This document shows, piece after piece, positions 1-8,405 of a DNA stretch of 46,132 nt. Position 1 is the stretch's first letter. Every line of letters begins with the position of its first letter. Where the stretch lies: assembly GCA_037444665.1 (NCBI GenBank), contig JBBILZ010000014.1:1-46132 (forward strand), in the 5' to 3' direction. Position numbers and translations under genes: made by a program. Below the pieces are notes generated by a model. The model was not told the origin of the DNA and did no database searches. It was given only the letters and a program-made list of their open reading frames with translations. This DNA comes from a candidate division WOR-3 bacterium (GTDB lineage Bacteria > Hydrothermota > Tepidihabitantia > SM23-42 > JAOAFX01).

Positions 1-289
1 ATCGACATCAAAAGATATTCATCTAAATCAGGGAAGAAATTATGACAAATGCTAAATTTTTCTATTTAATCTGAAGACCAGGAAAGGTGAGAAAAATTTT
101 GATTATTCAGAGCTGATACCGGTTGCCACGGCCAATAACCATTGGCCATTTGTAAATCGTTATACTGTTTCGTTGGCCGTATTGTAGTTTGGTTATTCGG
201 TGAAGAAGTAAGTATGGAAGTTAGAATTAAGAAGTTAGTCTTAAAAACATTATTCAAACTTCCATACCCACTTCTTTAACCAAATTCTA

Positions 290-382
290 TTATCTCAACA
301 GTATCACCTTTTCTACCTGTTTAAACCCTTCACTTTCTAATTTCACAAAATAAACACCCTAAAAGACTCGTTTATCGTTATT
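290..382 (-). pseudogene. Orphan remnant of a T9SS-type C-terminal domain 3' end (NNDKRVF*GVYFVKLESEGFKQVEKVILLR*)
   Basis: Manual translation of the minus strand. The last 22 aa match the C-terminus of ORF 444-1808 at 21 positions. In-frame TAG at 359-361, no start codon. Confidence 0.8.
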
Positions 383-443
383 GGGTTACGAAACCCGTTT
401 CGGTTAAAGTCTATGGCCATTGGGTTTAAAATACTAATTTCGT

Positions 444-1808
444 CTATCTTAAAAGAATTACCTTCTCAACCTGTTTGAACCCTTCGCTTTCCAGTCTTAC
501 AAAATAAACCCCAGCAGGAAGTTTGCGGCCTGAATCGTCTGTTCCGTCCCAGACGATTTGGGTTGGATGGTTAGATGGTTGGATAGTTTGATAGTTAAAG
601 GATTTAACCAGTCTGCCAGTCACATCGTAGATCATTAGCGAAATCTGGGATTTCCCCTCACCCCAACCCTCTCCCCTATGGGGAGAGGAAAAAGGAGAGG
701 GGATAATTTGGGAATTGGAATTTGTTTCGGATTTCGGATTTCGCATTTCGCATTTGATTGTTAGGTGATTCTTGAATGGATTTGGATAGACCTGTAAAAT
801 AGTGTTATTTGACAAAATAGTAGAGGAATTTTCTTCAATACCCGGGACCTGTCCAATCTGCCAGGTTGTTCCACCATTGGTTGTATAAAGGATAATATGG
901 TAGCCACATACAATACCATGTAATGAGTCTGAAAAATCAACATCATATAAAGTTGTGGTAGCAGGATTATTCTGGAATATCCAGGTATTGCCACCATCAG
1001 TTGTTTTTATAATAGAACCAAATCTACCAACTGCCCAGCCATGCAGATTATCAACAAAATCAACGGCACGAAGATAAAATGTATTTGCTGGAGCTGATAT
1101 TGCATCCCAAGAATTTCCACCATTGGTTGTTTTCCAGATTAGGGGTGCATAGTTTGATTCATTGCCACCAACAACAATTCCTGTATTCTGATTAAAAAAG
1201 TGAACATCAAAAAAGTCTTCGTAAGTATTACTGCGGTACAGTGAATCCCAGGCAAATCCGCCATCGCTTGAATGGATAATCCACCCCTGACCAATATCAA
1301 CACTATCTGGCCAGCCTGATACTGCCCATCCTTGAAGGTGGTCAATAAAAGAGACACCATAAAGTTCAAGTAGACCAAACGGCGTAAAAATCTGTTCCCA
1401 GTATGCACCGCCATCTGTGGTTTTACCGACCACGCCATCTCCACATACTGCCCAACCAAGTGTATCATCAATGAACTCAATGCGTGTTGAATATTTTGCT
1501 AATCCCTGAACCTGATGGATCCAGGTCTGACCACCATCACTGGAATGGGTGATATCCCCCAGGATACCACAGGTCCAGACCTTGAGATTGCTTCGGCAGG
1601 TTACATCAAAGAATTTCCTTGCTGCAACAGGGTTTGCCTGTTCAAACCAGTGAACCCCACCATCTGTAGTTTTTAATACAATTATAGAATCAAGGGTTAC
1701 GACCCAACCGGTGATATTATCTGGTGCCAAACAGCACCCATGAAAATTCTGATAGGCAAATGAAAAATTAACCAGAACGAACAAAAGGGTTAAGTATTTT
1801 ATTTTCAT
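444..1808 (-). CDS. Secreted YCF48/BNR(Asp-box)-repeat beta-propeller protein with T9SS type A/FlgD-Ig C-terminal sorting domain
   Basis: Signal peptide; repeated (T/S)xDGGxxW boxes; CTD motifs YPNPF, IYDVTGRLV, WDGTDDSG, GVYF; AGGAG SD upstream. Confidence 0.85.
   Translation of the reverse strand: MKIKYLTLLFVLVNFSFAYQNFHGCCLAPDNITGWVVTLDSIIVLKTTDGGVHWFEQANPVAARKFFDVTCRSNLKVWTCGILGDITHSSDGGQTWIHQVQGLAKYSTRIEFIDDTLGWAVCGDGVVGKTTDGGAYWEQIFTPFGLLELYGVSFIDHLQGWAVSGWPDSVDIGQGWIIHSSDGGFAWDSLYRSNTYEDFFDVHFFNQNTGIVVGGNESNYAPLIWKTTNGGNSWDAISAPANTFYLRAVDFVDNLHGWAVGRFGSIIKTTDGGNTWIFQNNPATTTLYDVDFSDSLHGIVCGYHIILYTTNGGTTWQIGQVPGIEENSSTILSNNTILQVYPNPFKNHLTIKCEMRNPKSETNSNSQIIPSPFSSPHRGEGWGEGKSQISLMIYDVTGRLVKSFNYQTIQPSNHPTQIVWDGTDDSGRKLPAGVYFVRLESEGFKQVEKVILLR
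640..788. repeat. 149-nt segment duplicated at 2180-2328 (4 mismatches), inside both CTDs. Contains the palindrome cccctcaccccaaccctctcccctatggggagagg and atttcgg heptamers.
   Basis: Direct alignment at offset 1540; mismatches at 645, 742, 744 and 783. Confidence 0.95.
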
Positions 1809-1882
1809 AATTTTCTCCTTTTTAATAATAGGTTGTTTTTCCTGACGGCTCTCTGCCTTTTCCCAAAGGGAGAGCGCATTTT

Positions 1883-1909
1883 CGGACAGGGACTTGCCCT
1901 GTCCCTACA
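1883..1909 (-). repeat. GTAG-family REP-like palindrome (tgtagggacagggcaagtccctgtccg)
   Basis: GTAG tetranucleotide followed by a GC-rich hairpin; related copy at 45457-45481. Confidence 0.75.
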
Positions 1910-1944
1910 ATCAAAAATTTAGATGACTAAAAACCATAATGATA

Positions 1945-4900
1945 TCATTTTAAGAAGACCGCCTTTTTTATTTCACGATATTCTTCCATTTTCCATTCTA
2001 CAAAATAGACACCAGGAGGAACCTTGCGGCCTGCGTCGTCAGAACCATCCCAGATTACCTGATTAAATGGTTGAATGGTTAAATGGTTAAATTGTTTCAC
2101 CAACCTGCCTGTCGCATCGTAGATTTGTAGTGTAGGGGCTTGTCCCCGTGAATTACGCCCATAAAGGGCTACACTACCTGAAATTTGGGATTTCCCCTCA
2201 CCCCAACCCTCTCCCCTATGGGGAGAGGAAAAAGGAGAGGGGATAATTTGGGAATTGGAATTTGTTTCGGATTTCGGATTTTGGATTTCGCATTTGATTG
2301 TTAGGTGATTCTTGAATGGATTGGGATATATTAAGAACTTCTGTCCTTTCACTTCATACTTATTAATTTCTTTTATTCCCGGAAATGGGTCTGGTTGGTC
2401 AGTGGTAAATTTGATTGCCCTGTTATTCGCAAGGGGTGCAGCAGATGGTGGATACATATTGGCATAAGTATATTCCAGACCATTGTTATGGTGATAATCT
2501 TCAATGCCTACAGTTGCATAATTATGCCAGTAATCATCATTGGTAATCTTTTTGTATTGGAATAGAATCTCTCCATCGCTGGTCTGGGTCGGATAATAAT
2601 TAGGGTCATAGAGAATAATTTCAAATGTTTGTAATTCTGCAGGTGTCGGGTTAGTTGGACTATGGATATGTTGAATCCTTGACCATTCTATTATGAAACG
2701 ATGATTTACTACATCATTGTAGTAGCAAACATTACCACTTGAATCAGTAGCATTCGGGTCTAAATCATCCCAGAAAGGTGCAATGAGTAATGGTGGACCA
2801 CCAGCAGAAAGAATGTGCCAGTTATACATATCTGCTATCCAGGTTGAATCCATTGCAATATAACCATTGGAACTGATTGAAATCTTATTATAGTTTGTGC
2901 CATAATATTTAAAACTGAATGGCAGGTTAATAGTTTTTGTTTCATCATTTAAAAGATTGAGGATAGTTCCCTGTCCTCCCAGTTCCGGGTCAATCTCAAC
3001 CCAGTTATATGTAGGTGCCTCAGGATAGTCTGTGTCCGTGTTATCATACGCATAATAACCATAACCATCAGGACCGGTCGGTGAATTTGTAGAAACAACT
3101 CCTATAACAATTGAAAAATCAACAGTGTCTTTAAAATTATTATCGCCTGAGAGAAGGCAAGAAAAGTTTATAGTATGGCCTGGTGCTAACTGGGATGAAG
3201 CACTCACCTGAAAATGGTTCCCTGAATTTGTCGCAGAGTCACCAATTCCAATATTGCCGAATACACCAATAGAATCCGACACAGAAACTCCAGGATTTTT
3301 TGACCTTAATACCCCCTGAATGTTTGTGCCTCCAAGTCCTCCAGAGTTTTTTATAGATATAACCATATCTGAAGTTTCTCCGGGTTCAAGGACTCCATTA
3401 CCACCATCAAGAATCTGGTTTTTTTGATATTCAAATACTGGTGCTTTTGCACTGAGCCATAAGACCGAATTCCAATTTCCCTGGCTGGATGTGATTGAGA
3501 GATTAAATTTTATTAAATGATTATCTTTGATTTGCTGCGAGACATTGAATTGATAAGGGCTCGCATTTGCACTTGCACCAGGTGCGATATTACCATAATT
3601 CTTTATTGAGTCAGTGATTGTAATTAATGGGTCTATACTTGATAATTTTGCCGAGACATTATTTGCAGTCGTTGTATTACCAAAATTCTTTAATGTTATG
3701 CTGAGCTGAATCGCTTCTCCAGGATTTATCTCTCCGTTATTATTGCCTCCGGGGTCACTGATTGTGTGATTGTAGTATCCCACATAGACATTAGAATTAC
3801 TAACCAGGGCATATCCACAATAGGGTTTGAAATTATGCTTGGTCACAGTAACAAAGAGCGTATCAGTAGTGCTCGTTGTAATTTGAAAATATGCCATTCC
3901 ATTGGCATCAGTAAATGCCAATTCTTTTACTTCATTCTTTTTGTATAAACTGACAAGTGCACCTTGCACTGGCTGCGATAAATAATTTAAAACCTGAACT
4001 GAAAATGAATTTGTTCCGACCGCAATTGATGAATTATGATTCACAATAAAATTGCGTGGCACATCGGTCCATACTTCTAATGAAGGGTCGCCGAGAAGGT
4101 TATAGGCATTGAAATAGAATTCACTACCAGAATCAGGAGAGACCTCTAAAGGAAAATTTAGATAGACCTCTATTTTGCCACGATAGGTCATTGGACCCAA
4201 ATAATAGATACTATCTTCTAATAATCCCCAATATATACCATAATCAAGGCAGTTGTTCCAGCGGGAATGGGTGGTTGGGGGAGAGGCACCGAAAAATGCA
4301 ATACCACCCTTAGGTGTTGTTGGATTGCCAGCTCTTATCCAAGCTTCTCCAAAGCAGGGTTCAGCATTGAAATTGCCCGTGAGACAGACAATGCTCGTTA
4401 TCACCGGTAATTTCCAACCATTAGAGAGTCCAATCACATCTGTATTATAGAAACTTGGTCTATCCCAACCAGACCAGGAAGCAATGCCACCACGGTAGTT
4501 TATAAATGTTACACCTTGATTTACTGAATTTGTGATTGGCGTCTGGCCACTTGAGAGAGGTGGATAAAATACTGTATCAATTTGATAATATCCATTTTTT
4601 AAAAATTGTTCTCGCAGCAAACGTTTTACTGGGATAGGCGTTGTCATTTGGTTGTCTGGATAATTCCCTGCGACCATTAATCCCCTTTTGAACCATAAGG
4701 TGTCTGTAGTATAAGGTGTCTTCTCATATCCGATAATTTTGGCAATGACCGTATTTAGTTCATTAACATTGGCAACTGAGACTCTGCCAATGAACAGGTC
4801 AGAAAGAAAATCATTTCCTTCAATTGTAGTATATGGATGGTCAGTAGGATTAGAAGCAATGGTGAAACAGGGCACACTATCTTTATCACCAATAAGTATT

Positions 4901-5526
4901 ACATATTCAGGTCTGGGTTCCCAATAAAAGTATGCATCAGTAATATAATTTTTGATTGCGGTTGCAGAACTTCCGGTCTCTGAAAGGCGTGCTACAGTAA
5001 CCTTCCAGCCCTTTTTTTCCTTCCAATCAGCAAGGGGCAAAACCGCATTATAAAAAGAATTTGGTGTGATTATGAGCATACCCTGAGGTGGATTTTCCGG
5101 ATTGTATGTATAGTTCAGAATTAAATTTTTATAGACCTGGGCAAGGCTGGGTGGTAGTTTAATTTCGGGATAATTAACAAAAGAAAGTTTGAGTTCCATC
5201 TTTTGAATATTGATTTTATTGTTATTTATTTTAAAGACTGGACTCACAATTATGGGGTATACATTATACCCACTCAACTGGACTGGAGCGCCGATAACCA
5301 CTGATTGGTCAAATAAACCTGAACCATTCTGTGCCAGGGATTCGGCTCTAAGCAGTGTGTATTGAGGAACAGGAGGAACAGGAGCGATGATAAACCCAAT
5401 ATTTATCGGCTCATCTGAAGATTTGGCAAAAGAGATTTCCATATTAATGGACGAGCCCGTTTTCTCTATAACATTTATTGTGTCATTGTTAATAATATGC
5501 CCAAGAAAACATAATAATAATATCAT
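1945..5526 (-). CDS. Peptidase C25 (gingipain) family protein with Ig-like domains and T9SS-type CTD; catalytic His apparently substituted
   Basis: C25 motifs LIITP, WKEKKG, YVILIGD, IGRVS, FINYRG, SIVCLTG, YNLLGDP; GNNNGEINPGE Ig-like repeats; CTD YPNPF...IYDATGRLV...GVYF. Confidence 0.88.
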   Translation of the reverse strand: MILLLCFLGHIINNDTINVIEKTGSSINMEISFAKSSDEPINIGFIIAPVPPVPQYTLLRAESLAQNGSGLFDQSVVIGAPVQLSGYNVYPIIVSPVFKINNNKINIQKMELKLSFVNYPEIKLPPSLAQVYKNLILNYTYNPENPPQGMLIITPNSFYNAVLPLADWKEKKGWKVTVARLSETGSSATAIKNYITDAYFYWEPRPEYVILIGDKDSVPCFTIASNPTDHPYTTIEGNDFLSDLFIGRVSVANVNELNTVIAKIIGYEKTPYTTDTLWFKRGLMVAGNYPDNQMTTPIPVKRLLREQFLKNGYYQIDTVFYPPLSSGQTPITNSVNQGVTFINYRGGIASWSGWDRPSFYNTDVIGLSNGWKLPVITSIVCLTGNFNAEPCFGEAWIRAGNPTTPKGGIAFFGASPPTTHSRWNNCLDYGIYWGLLEDSIYYLGPMTYRGKIEVYLNFPLEVSPDSGSEFYFNAYNLLGDPSLEVWTDVPRNFIVNHNSSIAVGTNSFSVQVLNYLSQPVQGALVSLYKKNEVKELAFTDANGMAYFQITTSTTDTLFVTVTKHNFKPYCGYALVSNSNVYVGYYNHTISDPGGNNNGEINPGEAIQLSITLKNFGNTTTANNVSAKLSSIDPLITITDSIKNYGNIAPGASANASPYQFNVSQQIKDNHLIKFNLSITSSQGNWNSVLWLSAKAPVFEYQKNQILDGGNGVLEPGETSDMVISIKNSGGLGGTNIQGVLRSKNPGVSVSDSIGVFGNIGIGDSATNSGNHFQVSASSQLAPGHTINFSCLLSGDNNFKDTVDFSIVIGVVSTNSPTGPDGYGYYAYDNTDTDYPEAPTYNWVEIDPELGGQGTILNLLNDETKTINLPFSFKYYGTNYNKISISSNGYIAMDSTWIADMYNWHILSAGGPPLLIAPFWDDLDPNATDSSGNVCYYNDVVNHRFIIEWSRIQHIHSPTNPTPAELQTFEIILYDPNYYPTQTSDGEILFQYKKITNDDYWHNYATVGIEDYHHNNGLEYTYANMYPPSAAPLANNRAIKFTTDQPDPFPGIKEINKYEVKGQKFLIYPNPFKNHLTIKCEIQNPKSETNSNSQIIPSPFSSPHRGEGWGEGKSQISGSVALYGRNSRGQAPTLQIYDATGRLVKQFNHLTIQPFNQVIWDGSDDAGRKVPPGVYFVEWKMEEYREIKKAVFLK
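2127..2177. repeat. REP doublet (REPIN-like) inserted in frame in the C25 CTD
   Basis: 9-bp terminal inverted repeat gtagtgtag/ctacactac enclosing two GTAG hairpins; adds 16 aa (GSVALYGRNSRGQAPT) relative to the paralogous CTD. Confidence 0.8.
2180..2328. repeat. Second copy of the 149-nt CTD segment (see 640-788)
   Basis: Direct alignment, 145/149 identical. Confidence 0.95.
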
Positions 5527-6626
5527 TGGTTAGGTTCCTCTCTAATTATAACCAGACCCCAATCCCTGTCAACAAGATAGACCAATCCATTTTTTACCAT
5601 AACATTATATGCATAGGGTGTTTCAAGTTCTCCATATAGCACAGGATTTTCAGGGTCTGATATATCAACTATTTTTAAACCACTGGTTCCATCTGCAATA
5701 TATGCAAGTGTGCCATCCACAAAGATTCCCTGTGCATAACCAGGGGTATCAAAACTATTGATAAAGATTGGGTTATAAGGGTCACTAACATCAATAATAA
5801 CCAGACCATCATAACCATCAGCAATATATGCATTGCCATTTGTCACATAGACATCGCGTGCATTAGATGGAGTATCCATCTCACTTATCTTTGCCGTGCT
5901 ATCAGGATTATGCAGATTGTATATTATCAAACCCATCTGTTCACAGGCAAGATAGACTAGAGAGTCAACAGCAAAAAGGCTATGCACATTGCCCGGGGTT
6001 GCAAATCTCCGTGCATAACTCGGATACTGGGGCCAGGAAACATCTTCAACAATAAACCAGTATCTGGCAGCAATATATACAAATTGTGTATCATTTGCTG
6101 GAGCAAAGACATTGTAGCCATAAAACCAGTTATCCTGTCCAACAAAAACGGGATTCTCGGGGTCAACTATGTTCACAATCAACATACCACCATTATTTGG
6201 TGGACCAGCAGCAAGTGCAAGATATACAAAACTATCCCTTACTGCCACGCCTTGAATATTGGTCTGGTGAAAATAATGTCCTGCAACAAATGTTGATTCA
6301 GGGTTTGAAATATCAACAATCTGCAAACCACCCTGGTCATTGGCAATATAGGCATAATTGCCCTGGATAGCGATGTCCCTGGAATAGCCGGGCAGGGGGC
6401 ATTCGCTAACAATAACAAATTTATGGGTTTCGACCAAAGGACGATGGCAGGTGATAAAAATTATGGACATAATCCACGCCATTGCCCGGATAAATCTGAA
6501 TGGCTTATTGTAAATCGTTAAACGTCTGTCGGTTGCGAAATGCGTTTCGTCTAACAGCATCGTTTGTCGTTGACTAACTACAAAATATTTAGAGTTTCTA
6601 ATGGTTTGTAAAATTCTAATATTCAA
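5523..6626 (-). CDS. LVIVD-repeat beta-propeller protein, probable lipoprotein
   Basis: Repeats AYIAxxxxGLxI(V/I)D(I/V)SxPxNP; basic-hydrophobic-Cys segment KPFRFIRAMAWIMSIIFITC. True start may lie downstream of 6626. Overlaps the C25 start by 4 nt. Confidence 0.82.
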   Translation of the reverse strand: MNIRILQTIRNSKYFVVSQRQTMLLDETHFATDRRLTIYNKPFRFIRAMAWIMSIIFITCHRPLVETHKFVIVSECPLPGYSRDIAIQGNYAYIANDQGGLQIVDISNPESTFVAGHYFHQTNIQGVAVRDSFVYLALAAGPPNNGGMLIVNIVDPENPVFVGQDNWFYGYNVFAPANDTQFVYIAARYWFIVEDVSWPQYPSYARRFATPGNVHSLFAVDSLVYLACEQMGLIIYNLHNPDSTAKISEMDTPSNARDVYVTNGNAYIADGYDGLVIIDVSDPYNPIFINSFDTPGYAQGIFVDGTLAYIADGTSGLKIVDISDPENPVLYGELETPYAYNVMVKNGLVYLVDRDWGLVIIREEPNQ

Positions 6627-7584
6627 ATTCTAATCCTCCTTTAAAAGTCCATTTATTATAATTTTTATAATCTCCAATCTCAGGATAGACATCAGAATGT
6701 GAACGGCGAAGTTCATAGATATATTCCCAATTAACATAGAGTGCAGGGAGCACAGGAAATGCCAATTTCACATTGAATCTTTGTGTGATATCGTTCCTGC
6801 CACTGTGTGGAGAATCAATTATGGGCGATACTTCAGTAGTGTAAATTCTATATTTAAACTGATAAGAAAGAGTGAGTTCAGACAATCTGGGGAATCCAAT
6901 ATTGAGATAGTTTTTAAAATTGATTAGATGCTGTTCATATGAGACATCAAGCACAGGACCTCTTGCTTGGGATGACTTAAATTCATAGGCTATTTTGGTT
7001 TCAAATCTTCTTGATATTGCGAAATCTATGTGCAGGCCTGAGCGCAATGCCTTTGCATCATAGATATTGAAATTTTCTATATAATCGTCAATCTCATAAC
7101 CCAGAAGAAGTCCAACTTCTCCTTTTTGTCTGAGCCTGAAATCTGTTTTAATATAAAACAGATTTTCGCTAAATTCACATCCTGTATATTGAGTACTATC
7201 CGGATTTTGATAATAGCGGATTAAATAGCGGGGCAAATAAAGATATTCAATCTTTGTTGCAAATTTGCCAAATGATTGTCTTGTTCCAGCAGTGATAAAA
7301 AAATAATCTTTTTGCCTGTTGATCAGATAATTGTAGCCATCAAAAATAAAATTAAAAGTCGTAGTATGTTGACCAATTAATTTATTCCGCAGCAGTAATT
7401 GAAATTCATAGTTAGTATAAAAATCATCATAGGTCTCAAATGGAAAGCGTTCGGGATGGATATTATTCATAAATTCATTTAGATATTTTTTTGAGTATTC
7501 AAAGATATTGTCATCGTAGGCAAAATTAATTTTTACATCAATTGAATGGTCAATAGTGAGAAGAAATAGAAGCGTAAATATCAT
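6616..7584 (-). CDS. Putative outer-membrane beta-barrel protein
   Basis: Short signal peptide, N-terminal YDDNIF motif, Tyr/Phe-rich alternating beta-strands, C-terminal GGLEFEY aromatic terminus. Confidence 0.7.
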   Translation of the reverse strand: MIFTLLFLLTIDHSIDVKINFAYDDNIFEYSKKYLNEFMNNIHPERFPFETYDDFYTNYEFQLLLRNKLIGQHTTTFNFIFDGYNYLINRQKDYFFITAGTRQSFGKFATKIEYLYLPRYLIRYYQNPDSTQYTGCEFSENLFYIKTDFRLRQKGEVGLLLGYEIDDYIENFNIYDAKALRSGLHIDFAISRRFETKIAYEFKSSQARGPVLDVSYEQHLINFKNYLNIGFPRLSELTLSYQFKYRIYTTEVSPIIDSPHSGRNDITQRFNVKLAFPVLPALYVNWEYIYELRRSHSDVYPEIGDYKNYNKWTFKGGLEFEY

Positions 7585-8405
7585 TTTATCTCAGCCATAA
7601 ATCTCAATCCGCAACCTGTGCCGTTATTTAGCCAGAATTCATATCGGTGTGTGCCTTTACGAACATTGAGATAGAAGGTATGTGGATTTGATGGTATAAA
7701 ATCTGTTTGTTTATTGTATTCCACAGTTTCTGAACGGTATGCCCGAAAATTCTGTATTTTTAATGTTTTGCCTTTTTCTTTTACCGTAATTGTATAAAGT
7801 TGGTCAGCCCGGGCATTGGCTGGTATATGCAAACGAGATGTGATTTTTAATTTTTTGGGTCCCTCTATTTCAATAACAACAGGTTTATCTATAGTTGCTT
7901 CGTAGTAATTTATTATTTTCTCGTCTTCAATCACATCAAGCGTTTTATTGTAAGAAAGGGCAGGTATATCCTGCCATCTACCTGGCGATTCACTGGTAAA
8001 TTTTATAAGGATTGTATCTGAAGGTGCACGCCAGTGAATAAAGCGGTAGGTGTGTAGACCTTGCGGAACATTAATATAAAACGAACGCCATTTGCTCAAT
8101 CTTATCTTATCCAGACGAGCAACTGATGAATATTCAGTTTCACGGGTAATAAATTTTTCTTTTATATCATCTTCCTGAAGGATTATTTTATATGCCTTTG
8201 TTCCTTTTCTCTCACCTGTCCAGGGGATTCTTGTATATACCCTTATCCAGGTCGGACCCGATACTTTGATTTCAACAGGTTGATTCTTAGTTAAGATTGT
8301 ATATGATTCGTCTTTTGTGGTATGAATCTTTATTTTTGCCTCATATTGTGGCGAGATATTTACTAATTGCCCCACAAAAATTATGAGAAAAAACAAATTA
8401 TTCAT
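7581..8405 (-). CDS. Exported hypothetical protein with two tandem homologous beta-rich domains, Lys/Arg-rich
   Basis: Signal peptide; internal repeat PVEIKVSGPTWIRVYTRI / PVVIEIEGPKKLKITSRL and FYINVPQGLHTYRF / FYLNVRKGTHRYEF; overlaps both neighbours. Confidence 0.75.
   Translation of the reverse strand: MNNLFFLIIFVGQLVNISPQYEAKIKIHTTKDESYTILTKNQPVEIKVSGPTWIRVYTRIPWTGERKGTKAYKIILQEDDIKEKFITRETEYSSVARLDKIRLSKWRSFYINVPQGLHTYRFIHWRAPSDTILIKFTSESPGRWQDIPALSYNKTLDVIEDEKIINYYEATIDKPVVIEIEGPKKLKITSRLHIPANARADQLYTITVKEKGKTLKIQNFRAYRSETVEYNKQTDFIPSNPHTFYLNVRKGTHRYEFWLNNGTGCGLRFMAEIK

Noticed and set aside
66..257. 63-aa minus-strand ORF
   Set aside because: No recognisable motif and further stops follow. 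It may be a decayed gene, but this cannot be supported.
359..361. TAG read-through or recoding in the fossil CTD
   Set aside because: TAG is used as a normal stop elsewhere (ORF 444-1808, ymdB), and the fragment has no start codon.
290..2328. Diversity-generating retroelement (TR/VR pair) suggested by near-identical repeats at gene 3' ends
   Set aside because: Mismatches are not adenine-specific (mixed in the 149-nt pair, synonymous in the fossil tail) and there is no reverse transcriptase in the window.
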